A DNA stretch of 64,000 nucleotides from an uncultured virus (IMG/VR IMGVR_UViG_3300036832_001426) (IMGVR_UViG_3300036832_001426), one strand, 5' to 3'; positions 38,714 through 48,425 are shown, numbered from the stretch's first letter. The notes: generated by a model not told the origin, from the letters alone. Program-made: numbers and translations.

Positions 38714-40395
38714 TCATGCCTCTGACTCTCGATGAAAACGGCCAGCCAGTTGATGGCGGCGCACCGACTCCACCGCCAGCTCCGCCTCCCGATCCCAACG
38801 CACCCGCGCCGAGCCCTCTGGCATTCGTGCCGCCCGCATTGCAGGCCGCGCTGCAGAAACAGGCCGACACCGGAGCTGCAAGCGATGCAGGCGCGAGGAC
38901 GCTGCCGCTGGCTGGCAGAGAACCTGCTGCTCCTTTCCGCGTTTTCCCGCACCACTGGTACTCACTGACGCAGTCTCCCACTCCCGGCGAAGCTCCTCCG
39001 GCTTACTCGCAGGCCGCGCAAGGCGTCGAGTCTGGAACGCCCGGCGCAACCAAGGGAATGACGAAGCTCGGGAAAATTTTCTTTCTCGCGAATGCTGTCA
39101 TGCAGGGCGCAACTGCAGGCTCGACGCAGCCCACATTCGGCACTGGCTGGCAGGCGGCACGGGCGGCAGACCAGCAGCAGCAGCAATTCGAAACGGAGCA
39201 ACAGGGACGCCGATTGCAAAACCAAATGAGCCAGCAAGCCCTGAAGTATTTGCCCCTTGAGCAGGCATGGAAGATGCGGCAGATGCAGGATCAGGAAAAT
39301 CTACGCAGAGCACAGACCAAATACTTCGGTGCTGGCGTTGATTTGAGGGATGCGCAAGCAGACGCGCTGACAGGGTACAAGAAAAATCTTTCCGACGCGC
39401 AGGAGGAGGCCGCTCACTACAAAGTCGATCCCAATGTGGGACTCGTCGATCTCCGAACTCAAAAGCCAGTCGATGCAGCGGGGCAGGCAACACTGAGTGC
39501 TGCAGAAGCGGATGCACTGGGCGGTGCGGGTGCTGGCCACCAAGAGGGCGAGCGCGTCTCGCTGAAAATAAAAAACACGGCGAACGAATTGGCGAACCGT
39601 GGCATTCACACCGTCACCGCCAACGGCCACGTCTATAGCGTGAACAACCAGATGGAAAAGCTTCACGACTGGGGCACGGCGACTCCAGTGGTGACGATGG
39701 GCATGCAGCTCGGGCCCGCAGCGAACCCCAACAGCCAAGAGTTTCAGGATGCTGTGGATTTCGTCGGTTCCACTAATGGCGATTTGCAAAGTATACTGTC
39801 GCGCTTCGGTCGCAACTCCGGTGCCGCGATCTCGTTCGTATCTCAACTCAGGCGAAAGTACCCCAACTATTTCCAAGGCAACTACAAAGCCGAAGCCGCA
39901 GCGCAGCAAGCCTTCACCAGCGGCACCTACTCTCAAAAGCTCACCGCGATCAGCACTGCACGCGAGCACTCGACTGTTCTCACTCAGCTGGCGAAAGAAC
40001 TGGACAACGGAAATGTGCGGGCATTCAACGCGCTGGGCAATGCTATCGATGTCGAGTTCGGCTCCGACAAGGTGACGAATTTCAACCTTGCGAAGCAGCT
40101 GTACTCCGGTGAGATAGGGCAAGCGATATCGGCAGGCGGCGGCAGCATGGGCGAACGACAGGAAGCAGCTGACAACATCAACGCCGCAAATTCTTGGACC
40201 GCGCTCAGTGGAGCGCTCCGCACTGCAGATGCCTTGCTGGCTGGCAAACAAAAGGCACTGCGAAACACTTACGATTTAGGTCGGCAGGGACAGCCGAACT
40301 TCGGCCAAGGGAGCCCGACGCCAGCGAAGGGCGGCGCAGCCGGGGGAGAAACGAACACACCGAAGAAGAAAACCTTCGGAGTGCCCATTAGCTGA
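38710..40395 (+). CDS. Internal virion / ejection protein
   Basis: Pro-rich N-terminus; Q/A-rich helical body; position. Confidence 0.7.
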   Translation: MIMPLTLDENGQPVDGGAPTPPPAPPPDPNAPAPSPLAFVPPALQAALQKQADTGAASDAGARTLPLAGREPAAPFRVFPHHWYSLTQSPTPGEAPPAYSQAAQGVESGTPGATKGMTKLGKIFFLANAVMQGATAGSTQPTFGTGWQAARAADQQQQQFETEQQGRRLQNQMSQQALKYLPLEQAWKMRQMQDQENLRRAQTKYFGAGVDLRDAQADALTGYKKNLSDAQEEAAHYKVDPNVGLVDLRTQKPVDAAGQATLSAAEADALGGAGAGHQEGERVSLKIKNTANELANRGIHTVTANGHVYSVNNQMEKLHDWGTATPVVTMGMQLGPAANPNSQEFQDAVDFVGSTNGDLQSILSRFGRNSGAAISFVSQLRRKYPNYFQGNYKAEAAAQQAFTSGTYSQKLTAISTAREHSTVLTQLAKELDNGNVRAFNALGNAIDVEFGSDKVTNFNLAKQLYSGEIGQAISAGGGSMGERQEAADNINAANSWTALSGALRTADALLAGKQKALRNTYDLGRQGQPNFGQGSPTPAKGGAAGGETNTPKKKTFGVPIS

Positions 40396-40537
40396 GTCGT
40401 CGCACTACGCCGCAGAAATCCGAAAGCACTGAAACGATGACACAGGTAACGAACCATGCCAAGCAGCCGCCTCCGGCAACCAGCACCAGCGCGAGGATGA
40501 ACTTTACTATCAAAATCATCAGACCGAAGATGCTCAT
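40388..40537 (-). CDS. 49-aa hydrophobic membrane peptide, antisense (not in ORF track)
   Basis: GGGAGG RBS + ATG 40537; MSIFGLMILIVKFILALVLVAGGGCLAWFVTCVIVSVLSDF.. Confidence 0.6.
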   Translation of the reverse strand: MSIFGLMILIVKFILALVLVAGGGCLAWFVTCVIVSVLSDFCGVVRRLS

Positions 40538-40590
40538 GTTCCTCCCTGAGAACAACGTCCCGATTCTCTCATAAATAGCAGCTCACTTCC

Positions 40591-43500
40591 ATGGCAGATG
40601 TTTTGAGCGATCCCACGCAACAACAGCCCGTACAGCCGCCGCCAGCGGACCCAGCAGGCGGAGCAACGACTTCGTGGACACCCGCGCCTCCGCTGGACGA
40701 GAACGGCGTGATGCAGCAGATAGCTGCCATTCCAGACAAGAAACAGCGGATCGTGCAGGGAATCGCCCGTGGCTTGGTGCCGATGGTGTCAGCCGGAAAC
40801 GACGACGCGCAGCTGGTGCCTCCATCGCGTGTGCAAGAAGCGGGGCGCAGTGGCTATCGTCGCGCCACGATGATGTCCAGCCCAGAGGAGCAACTGCATC
40901 TGGTAGGGAACGATGAAGTGCAGCAGGCGATCAATAACCATTGGAACGTCGGCCAGCCTATCAAACCACCTGCGGCTGGAATTACAGATCCGTCTGATCC
41001 GGGCTACGGAACAGATGAGTGGTACATGGCGCACGCGCCACAGTCCCTCGTTAAAGGGATGCAGTGGTTCAAAAAAGGTCTCATCGATCCCTTCGACGCG
41101 ATGGCGGCAGCGGGCAGTAGCGCACTGGGCGAGCAATTTGAAAAGGGCGCAGCCACTACCGTAACTCCGGCTCATCGCGGTGGGATCATGCCGCTGCCTC
41201 ATCCCAGATATCCAGCTCCAGAGATGACGAACGAAGAGCTACAGGCCGCCCGCGAAAATTATCCGGCGTACACGGGGATCGCACGCGGTGTTGGCGAGAC
41301 AGCTGGCGGGATGGCTGCCGACCCGCGCATGTGGCCACTCCTATTTGGCGGCGAGGCGCTCCCCGTCGTGCAAAAGTTGGCGAGCGCAGGATTCAGCGGG
41401 CAAATGCTCTATGGCGCTTACCGGACCTACCCAGAAATCAAACAGCTTGCCGACAGTGGCGACGTGGAGGGCGTCTATCGATTGCTCACTCACCTCGGCC
41501 TCTCCGCATACATGGGCGCTCAAGGCGGCCTGCACACGGTCGGGGAACTTCCCCAGCTGGTCGGCCCGGAAGCAGTAGCGGGAGCCTTGCGCGAAAGTGG
41601 TGCCAAGGACATCAGTCAGGTACTCGGGCCAACAACAAAAGAGAACAAGGCCATCACACAAAAAATCGCGCCGGAGATCGCAGGGCGGAGCATCTTCGCA
41701 TGGACTCGGAAGGGGTTGTCCGAGAGAGCAGAGAGAGAGGCGGAACAGGCGGGCCAGAAAGTCGACCAAGCTTACATGGCGCTCGGGCCTGATGAGCGCG
41801 TACCCACGCAGCCGATCCTCGATCACTTCGAACAAAGCAAGCAAGCATTTATGAGTGCCGAGGGCAAGGTGCTCGATCAAGCCGCAATAGATCGTGTCGA
41901 TGCGCTCAAACAAGTAGTCGCGCAATTCGGGCCAGACGTCAGTCCCGGCGACATCGTTAAGCTGCGACGCTTGTGGGACAAGCAGATCGCTGCGGCGCAT
42001 GGATTCTATGGGAAGACTGTTGCAGAGGGGTCCGCGCTTGATGCGAAGCGCGAAGCCGCAGATGCGATCCGCAGTGAATTGGCGCAGCAGTATCCCGATC
42101 TTGACAAGATCAACAAAGAGTTCTCTTTCTGGGCGAACGTGCGCAAGGTCATCGGCGAGACGGTGACCCGCAAGGAATCACAGGCCCCGCCTTTGGGTGA
42201 GACCGTGCTTGCTGCTGGCGGACTTGCTCATGCAGGAGCGCCGGGAGCGGCAGCGTGGTGGGGACTGCGTAAAGTCCTGACGTCGACCGCGTGGAACACG
42301 GCCTCAGCGTCTTTAAAGTTCAAGATCGCTGATTTGCTTGCCGATGGTAAAACCGAGCAGGCCGCTACACTGGCTGGCCAGCAACTGAAGATCCCGTTCC
42401 CAGAGGGGCCACTCTGGGATATCAACCAGACGCCAGCGCCGCCAGAACCGACGCCGCAGAGAGCACTGCCACCGGGCCCGCCAGCACAAGGAAGACGCTT
42501 GGCGGAGGCGCAGCCGATTCACCCCATGCCGCCCAGCCCCCTCGGCGCTGCCATGCAGCCCATTGCTGGCCAGCTTGGCCCGGGAGCCGAGCCTCCGGCG
42601 ATCACCAGCCCTTCGCGCATGCTCGGCCCGGCGCGCCTGCCGCAATCGATTGTGCGTCCCACGCCGGGTCTCGAAGCACCCACGGCCCCCTCATCCAGCG
42701 CCGAAGCCGCTGCCGTTCAGAGGGCCGCAGAGCAGGGTCGTGGGCCGGGCGCGCAAACCCCCACCCCCTCAGAAAATGTCGCTCCAGCGGCTCCAGAATC
42801 GCCGCAGGGGCCAATTCCTCGCCCGCTGAGGTCGGCGCTCCGTGCCGGGCAAACTGTGGGCTCGGCAGAGTCTACCCGGCTCGACAACGAGTTCCTGCAG
42901 CAGGCCAAGCGCGAGAGGCCTGATGGCTCAGTCAGCCAGTGGCTGCAGCGTGCGCAGGAGCTGAAGCAGCAGGCGCAGCAGGCGCAGCCCTCGCCGCTCG
43001 GAGGGGTTCCGCTCTTCTCCCGGCCACTGGTCGCACCGCCGGAAGGGACCAGCCAGCTCGACCTCGGCCTGAACCTGCCGCGCCGGGGCGAGCCCTTCTT
43101 CTCGAAGGCCGAGCAGATTGCAGATCAGAAACTGCCAAAGTCGGGCAACGGTGATTCCTTCCTCGCCACCCTGCGCAACAACGGAGTGAAAGCGGAAGAG
43201 ATGGCGGATCTTCATCTCGATGATTTCGCAGGCAAGGCAAAAGTCACGAAGCAGGAATTCCTCGACGCGATCCGCAGCCGTCGCCCGCAGCTGGAGCAGA
43301 CGACGCTGGAGGACGAAAGGGGCGAGACGAGCTACGAAGGTTACAGGACGCCCGGCGGCAAGAATTATCGCGAGACGCTCACTCAGTATCCCCGGAGTGA
43401 GGCGGGGCAGCGTGCGGAAGCGCTGAAGGCGGAGATCTCGCAGCGCAAGCAGGAACTCGACGACGAGATTGACCGCCACAATGCCGCCAGCGCGGAGCGG

Positions 43501-46500
43501 CAAGCGCAGTGGCCGGATGACTACTTCGACAAAGAGCGGGCCGCGATCAGCCACCTGCAAGTGCAGCTCCGCGACGCTGAGACTGAAGCTCGTAGAACGG
43601 ACTACCAGAGCGGTCACTGGGTCGAGCATCCCAACGTGATGGCGCACAGCCGCGAGTCAGATTTCACCACGACCGACGGCATGCCCGTGCGCCACGTTCA
43701 CGAAATCCAGAGCGACCTCCACCAACTCGGGCGCGAGGGTGGCTATCGAAGCCCGGCACTGCGCCAGTTGCCCGAGGGATACAAGACAGAGCGGATGAGC
43801 GGCGGCGGATTCCGAGTTGTCGATCCGCGTGGCCGCGTCGCTACGATGCCCGGCGATGCAACCGATATTGCGAGCTTCCCCGGCGCTGGGAGTCCAGAGG
43901 ATGCGATAGATGCATACATCGGCAGAGCGAACGCCGCCCAGCGCGGGTCCGCTCCCGATGTGCCCTTCAAGAAGAGCTGGCACGAACTCGCGGTGAAGGA
44001 CTCCATTCGCCGCGCCATCGACGACGGCCAGCAGGGCATGACGTGGGACACGGGCGCGACGCAGGCGGATCGCTACGACCTCTCGAAGCACGTGAGCCGC
44101 GTCGAGTATGACCCGGATACCCAGACCCTCATGGCACGCGATCCTTCAGGCAAGAAGGTCATCGATGAGAACGTGAAGCCTGAAGACATTCACAAATACA
44201 TCGGCAAGGAGGCTGCGGAGAAGCTGCATCACCAGATCGAAAATTACTATCCGCCTTCAAGCGAGGAGGACTATTCGATTACGTACGACCCCGAGGGCGA
44301 GACCTACCACGTCTTCGATCAGAATGGCGAGCGCATTGGAGAGGAAGAAACACATCGCGACGCGCAGCGGATGGTTCGGGATTATGTCGATAACGACTAC
44401 AACAATCGGGATCTGCCCACGCTGCGCGGCCTCGATCTGAAAGTCGGCGGCGAGGGCATGCAGGGCTTCTACGACAAGATGATTCCCGACTTCGTCCGCA
44501 AGTACACGAAGAAGTGGGGCGCGAAAGTCGACACCGCAGAGATCCCCACGGGTGACACGCAAAAAGAACATGAGTACGTCGGGCCAGAGCTGACCAAAGA
44601 TCAAGTCGAGCAGAGGTGGAAGGCTTCAGCCCGCAAGGGGCCGATGGAATGGAAGAAGAACGACTACGCCGGGGGCGCGTGGGCGTGGTATCAGGACGGT
44701 AAGCAGATCAGCGGTGCGTTCCACGACGCGAGCGATTCCAAGGTGGCTGCGCAGACGATCTCCAATGATCCAGTCGAGCGCCAGTGGAAGAGCGTGCTCG
44801 ATGACATGAATCGCGGCGTGCCCTTCAAGGACACGATGGCGAACAACTGGAATTTGGCCGAAGAGGTCGGTGGCAAAATCCAGACGAACGAGAATCCAGT
44901 CACCACCAAGGTCCACCGCCTCACCTTCACGCCGGAGATGGTCGACGCGGTCAAGTCGGAAGGCCAGCCGCTTTATCAGAGATCGCTCGAAGCCGCGACT
45001 CAGCAACCGCTGTTCGCGAAGGGCTCAGGCGTCAGCGGTGCGAAGGCTCTCGAAACTCTTCGCGCTGCGAACGAGATGAAGCCGAGTATCGATGAAGGCG
45101 GGCCGGATCGCGCTGCTCGACTACACATCGACGACGCCACCTACAAGCTGCTCCAGAACCTTGTGCCCGGCGGCGGCGACTGGCTGGGCGTGAACTTCCA
45201 TGAAAGCGATGCGCGGAATATCGCGAGAATGCTGCGCGGGAATGCGGATGCCTTAGAGCCGACAGGCCAGACGACCGCCGTGGCCAACATGCGGCGGCTG
45301 GCGGATCTGATCGACCGGGCGCATGGTCTCAACTTCGATCCCAACGCTCCGGGCCATGGTGGCGTGCCAATCGTAAAAGACCTCAGCTCCGAGGCACACG
45401 AAGCTCAAACGCACGTTGGCCAGCGTGCGCTTTCGCCAACGAGCGACGTCATCGACTACACCAACGTCGACAAGACTGTAGACCATCCTGTCGTCCGCAA
45501 GGCATGGCCAGCGCTGGAGAGAATTGGGGCAACCTCGCATCCCGGGCTCGCGGTCGCGGAACTGGAAGCGCATCTGCTCGATGGCAGCCACGAATTCTTT
45601 GGTCTCTCGAAGGACGAGGCGGTACAATTCTTAGAGCACGCCCGCACCGTGATGCGAGAACATCACAGCGGGCTGATTCAGGATCCTCCGCGACTCGCGA
45701 AGGGTTATCTGGATTCAATAGATCGCTTCATCGAGGAGCACCGTGCCCAACCAACAGAAGCCGCAGCTGAAACTGCACAGCCGGGAAGAACTCCAGAAGT
45801 CGCTGGAGAAAATGGCGGAGCTGGCGAACCTACCGGACGAGCAGGCCCACAAGGAAATCGAGCGGCTGGTGACTCAGAAGAAGTAACTCCGCCCCGCCCG
45901 CTGTTTTCCAAAGCGGACGCCAAGCGCGTCAGCACGCGCAACCCCACGGCGAAGGGCGCGACCGAAGATCCCCTCAAGAGCGATCTGCAAATCAACACGC
46001 AAGCGATCCGCGATTCTGGGAGAGCCGACGCCATTGCGACTCTGCTCAGCCAGTATCCCGGCAATGCGAACCTGTCACCGCTTGACACCGAAGGCAAGCT
46101 CGCGGGCTTCCAACGCAATGGCGTCCGCAATCTGCTCTTCATGCATGATCAGTATCCCGAGGAATTCCGTAACGTCTCGAAGAACTGGTACGACGGCGCG
46201 AACAAGCTGGCGACCCGTGTGTGGCCCCGGGAATATGGCATCACCGACGCGCAAGGTGCAGGCGGGCTGGCGGCGATTTCTCCCAAGCTCGAATGGAACA
46301 AAAACATTGGCATCGAGCAGCGCATGATCGAGGCGATGCAGCAGCAGAATGATTTGAAGTACACCCCGAAGATGGCGGCCACGGCGAAGGAATGGATTGC
46401 CGCGACCAAGCCCGAGAAAAGAGCTGCGACCCAAGCCATGCTGCGCCAGCTCGCTGGCAAAAGACTGGGCGAGCTAGAGACACCGCTCCAGAAAGCGACG

Positions 46501-47370
46501 TGGATTCATCTCTATCAGGAAGCCGAGGGCGATCCGCACTACAACATGTATGCGCCTGACGGCTCCGTCGTCGGTCCTGCGCGAACACAAAAAGGGCAAG
46601 GGCCGCTCGCGAGCCTCGGCTGGGCTATGGACGGGAATGTTGCGAAAGCGGTCTCCATTCTCGAAGACGGATCGCGGGCGAACATTAGCAAGCAGCTCGG
46701 CATCGCCCACAAGATTCGCAGCTTCTACAACAACCTGATCGCGCCGAACTCTCGCGCTGGCGATGTCACGGTCGACACTCACGCGGTGGCCGCAGACCAG
46801 ATCCGCCCGCTCGGCATGAACAGCCCGGAGGTGGGGCACAACTTCGATGGCCCGGGATCGGACGTGACCGGAGTACACGGTACCTACGGTGTACACGCCG
46901 ATGCTTATCGTGATGCCGCCGCCCAGCGCGATCTTCTCCCTCGACAGATGCAATCGATCACTTGGGACAATGCTCGCTCGGTGTTTCCAAGAGAGTTTAA
47001 AACTCCCGCGAATAACGCTATAATCGATGCGATCTGGAGGGAATATGACCGTGGCATCAGAACCATTGGGCAGACGCGCAGGGCCATCATCGACGCCGCA
47101 GGCGGTTGGAAACCTCCCGACTGGGCAGGCTACCAACCCAGCTCTCGGTCACGATCATATTCTGGACGAACTCAAGAGGCTCGGCCTGCCAGTCAACCGG
47201 GAAAATTACCTAGCGCTGGCATTTCCAGACCAGAGCGATCCCCAGCTGTCACCGGAGGAGGAAGCTCAGCTCCCGCCGGGACTCCGGCTGCCGCGAAACC
47301 AGCGGTCACGGTTCGTGGAACCGGAGCAGTAGGAATTCCCGCACAACTGAAACGTGTCATGAAGAGGTGA
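40591..47370 (+). CDS. 2259-aa polyvalent (multi-domain, probably injected) protein
   Basis: Ejection-type N-terminus; domain with SGHW..NVMAH.R..HEIQSD..GGEGMQGFYD; HEAQTH..E metallopeptidase-like motif; C-terminal HhH-GPD-like HKIRSFYNN..VTVDTH. Confidence 0.8.
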   Translation: MADVLSDPTQQQPVQPPPADPAGGATTSWTPAPPLDENGVMQQIAAIPDKKQRIVQGIARGLVPMVSAGNDDAQLVPPSRVQEAGRSGYRRATMMSSPEEQLHLVGNDEVQQAINNHWNVGQPIKPPAAGITDPSDPGYGTDEWYMAHAPQSLVKGMQWFKKGLIDPFDAMAAAGSSALGEQFEKGAATTVTPAHRGGIMPLPHPRYPAPEMTNEELQAARENYPAYTGIARGVGETAGGMAADPRMWPLLFGGEALPVVQKLASAGFSGQMLYGAYRTYPEIKQLADSGDVEGVYRLLTHLGLSAYMGAQGGLHTVGELPQLVGPEAVAGALRESGAKDISQVLGPTTKENKAITQKIAPEIAGRSIFAWTRKGLSERAEREAEQAGQKVDQAYMALGPDERVPTQPILDHFEQSKQAFMSAEGKVLDQAAIDRVDALKQVVAQFGPDVSPGDIVKLRRLWDKQIAAAHGFYGKTVAEGSALDAKREAADAIRSELAQQYPDLDKINKEFSFWANVRKVIGETVTRKESQAPPLGETVLAAGGLAHAGAPGAAAWWGLRKVLTSTAWNTASASLKFKIADLLADGKTEQAATLAGQQLKIPFPEGPLWDINQTPAPPEPTPQRALPPGPPAQGRRLAEAQPIHPMPPSPLGAAMQPIAGQLGPGAEPPAITSPSRMLGPARLPQSIVRPTPGLEAPTAPSSSAEAAAVQRAAEQGRGPGAQTPTPSENVAPAAPESPQGPIPRPLRSALRAGQTVGSAESTRLDNEFLQQAKRERPDGSVSQWLQRAQELKQQAQQAQPSPLGGVPLFSRPLVAPPEGTSQLDLGLNLPRRGEPFFSKAEQIADQKLPKSGNGDSFLATLRNNGVKAEEMADLHLDDFAGKAKVTKQEFLDAIRSRRPQLEQTTLEDERGETSYEGYRTPGGKNYRETLTQYPRSEAGQRAEALKAEISQRKQELDDEIDRHNAASAERQAQWPDDYFDKERAAISHLQVQLRDAETEARRTDYQSGHWVEHPNVMAHSRESDFTTTDGMPVRHVHEIQSDLHQLGREGGYRSPALRQLPEGYKTERMSGGGFRVVDPRGRVATMPGDATDIASFPGAGSPEDAIDAYIGRANAAQRGSAPDVPFKKSWHELAVKDSIRRAIDDGQQGMTWDTGATQADRYDLSKHVSRVEYDPDTQTLMARDPSGKKVIDENVKPEDIHKYIGKEAAEKLHHQIENYYPPSSEEDYSITYDPEGETYHVFDQNGERIGEEETHRDAQRMVRDYVDNDYNNRDLPTLRGLDLKVGGEGMQGFYDKMIPDFVRKYTKKWGAKVDTAEIPTGDTQKEHEYVGPELTKDQVEQRWKASARKGPMEWKKNDYAGGAWAWYQDGKQISGAFHDASDSKVAAQTISNDPVERQWKSVLDDMNRGVPFKDTMANNWNLAEEVGGKIQTNENPVTTKVHRLTFTPEMVDAVKSEGQPLYQRSLEAATQQPLFAKGSGVSGAKALETLRAANEMKPSIDEGGPDRAARLHIDDATYKLLQNLVPGGGDWLGVNFHESDARNIARMLRGNADALEPTGQTTAVANMRRLADLIDRAHGLNFDPNAPGHGGVPIVKDLSSEAHEAQTHVGQRALSPTSDVIDYTNVDKTVDHPVVRKAWPALERIGATSHPGLAVAELEAHLLDGSHEFFGLSKDEAVQFLEHARTVMREHHSGLIQDPPRLAKGYLDSIDRFIEEHRAQPTEAAAETAQPGRTPEVAGENGGAGEPTGRAGPQGNRAAGDSEEVTPPRPLFSKADAKRVSTRNPTAKGATEDPLKSDLQINTQAIRDSGRADAIATLLSQYPGNANLSPLDTEGKLAGFQRNGVRNLLFMHDQYPEEFRNVSKNWYDGANKLATRVWPREYGITDAQGAGGLAAISPKLEWNKNIGIEQRMIEAMQQQNDLKYTPKMAATAKEWIAATKPEKRAATQAMLRQLAGKRLGELETPLQKATWIHLYQEAEGDPHYNMYAPDGSVVGPARTQKGQGPLASLGWAMDGNVAKAVSILEDGSRANISKQLGIAHKIRSFYNNLIAPNSRAGDVTVDTHAVAADQIRPLGMNSPEVGHNFDGPGSDVTGVHGTYGVHADAYRDAAAQRDLLPRQMQSITWDNARSVFPREFKTPANNAIIDAIWREYDRGIRTIGQTRRAIIDAAGGWKPPDWAGYQPSSRSRSYSGRTQEARPASQPGKLPSAGISRPERSPAVTGGGSSAPAGTPAAAKPAVTVRGTGAVGIPAQLKRVMKR
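45743..45886 (+). CDS. Nested 47-aa helical ORF in the +1 frame of the polyvalent gene
   Basis: GAGGAG-N4-GTG; MPNQQKPQLKLHSREELQKSLEKMAELANLPDEQAHKEIERLVTQKK*. Confidence 0.55.
   Translation: MPNQQKPQLKLHSREELQKSLEKMAELANLPDEQAHKEIERLVTQKK
47045..47332 (+). CDS. Nested 95-aa ORF in the +1 frame of the polyvalent gene's 3' end
   Basis: GGAGG-N4-ATG; DHILDELKRLGLPVNRENYLALAF..LSPEEEAQLP looks folded while the host frame is low-complexity. Confidence 0.6.
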   Translation: MTVASEPLGRRAGPSSTPQAVGNLPTGQATNPALGHDHILDELKRLGLPVNRENYLALAFPDQSDPQLSPEEEAQLPPGLRLPRNQRSRFVEPEQ

Positions 47371-47374
47371 TCGC

Positions 47375-47680
47375 ATGGGCGCGAACGCACTCAAGGCATT
47401 TCCCTCGCCCGGCATGGCAGGCAATGGGCTCGGCCCCCGCGCACTCGATCCACTGCAGGCTCCGGCGCAGCAACCGAACATGCAGCCCATGCCGCCGATG
47501 AGCGCAGCGCAGCCTCTCAAGCCCGCGACGCCGTCAGCAGGCAGAGCACTGCGCCCGGGGCAGGCTGCTTTTCCAACCGGACAAACTGCACGCAATCCTT
47601 GGGGATCAAACAGAGGGGGCAGCGGAATGCTGCCCCTGTATCGCAGGCCGGGCACCATGCCCAGCATGACGGAGGACTAG
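47375..47680 (+). CDS. Pro-rich small late protein
   Basis: GAGG RBS; last + strand ORF of the late operon. Confidence 0.55.
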   Translation: MGANALKAFPSPGMAGNGLGPRALDPLQAPAQQPNMQPMPPMSAAQPLKPATPSAGRALRPGQAAFPTGQTARNPWGSNRGGSGMLPLYRRPGTMPSMTED

Positions 47681-48069
47681 AGGCTCGCTTGCTCCTCGCG
47701 CACCAGTATCACGGTGTCTTTCGTCTTGTCATACCTGAAACGCTTGCGATTGTTCATGACCGTGGTCTTCACGTTGGCGTGATAGCGCTGCGGTTTCTGC
47801 GGATCCCCCAACTCGACGCCGCCCCGTTCGAGCGCTCTCATCAAGTCAGTGAATGGTACGGGCTCACTGAAGTTCGACAAATACGCGTGCACCGCTTCCG
47901 GCATCCGCATCCCCTTCCAGCCGCCCGGCAGTGACTTCAGACCAGCGATTGCAAAATCAATTTCAGCCAGATCCTGCTTGCATCGCTCGATGATCTTCTC
48001 TCTTGCTTCCTCCAATACCTGCATTGCCATGGACACAGGTTTCTTCTCCGCACTTCGTTTTTCGCTCAT
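47677..48069 (-). CDS. Coiled-coil + winged-helix-like protein, paralog A
   Basis: GAGGAG RBS; similar to 49105-49527. Confidence 0.7.
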   Translation of the reverse strand: MSEKRSAEKKPVSMAMQVLEEAREKIIERCKQDLAEIDFAIAGLKSLPGGWKGMRMPEAVHAYLSNFSEPVPFTDLMRALERGGVELGDPQKPQRYHANVKTTVMNNRKRFRYDKTKDTVILVREEQASL

Positions 48070-48197
48070 GTGGCGCTCCTCTCGGTCCACATGACCCGTC
48101 CAACTTGGGCCCTGTAGTGTTCCAAGGATGAAACAGTAGTGTTTGAAAGTCAATACAGTTGTGCGTGAGGGTGGTAGGGAGTAAAGTGTATCGGCCT

Positions 48198-48425
48198 ATG
48201 GCCCGCGTCACTTTTGAGATCGCCCTGCCCGATGAATTGCTGCAGGCGTGGCTACAGCATGTCCGCAACTTCGACTTGACCTACGACCCTGAGCGCGTAG
48301 GCAAGGTGCACCTCAACATCGGGATCCAGAGTGACCTCGACGCCGCAACGGTGCAGCAGATCTTCGCCAGTATTAAGCCGCCCTTCGAGGAAATGTTTGC
48401 TTACATCAGCCCGGGCAAGGCGTAG
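48198..48425 (+). CDS. Hypothetical protein
   Basis: MARVTFEIALPD..; phage-like codon usage. Confidence 0.5.
   Translation: MARVTFEIALPDELLQAWLQHVRNFDLTYDPERVGKVHLNIGIQSDLDAATVQQIFASIKPPFEEMFAYISPGKA

Noticed and set aside
42563..42829. Third nested +1 ORF in the polyvalent gene
   Set aside because: No RBS, and its R/P-rich composition is typical of an off-frame read
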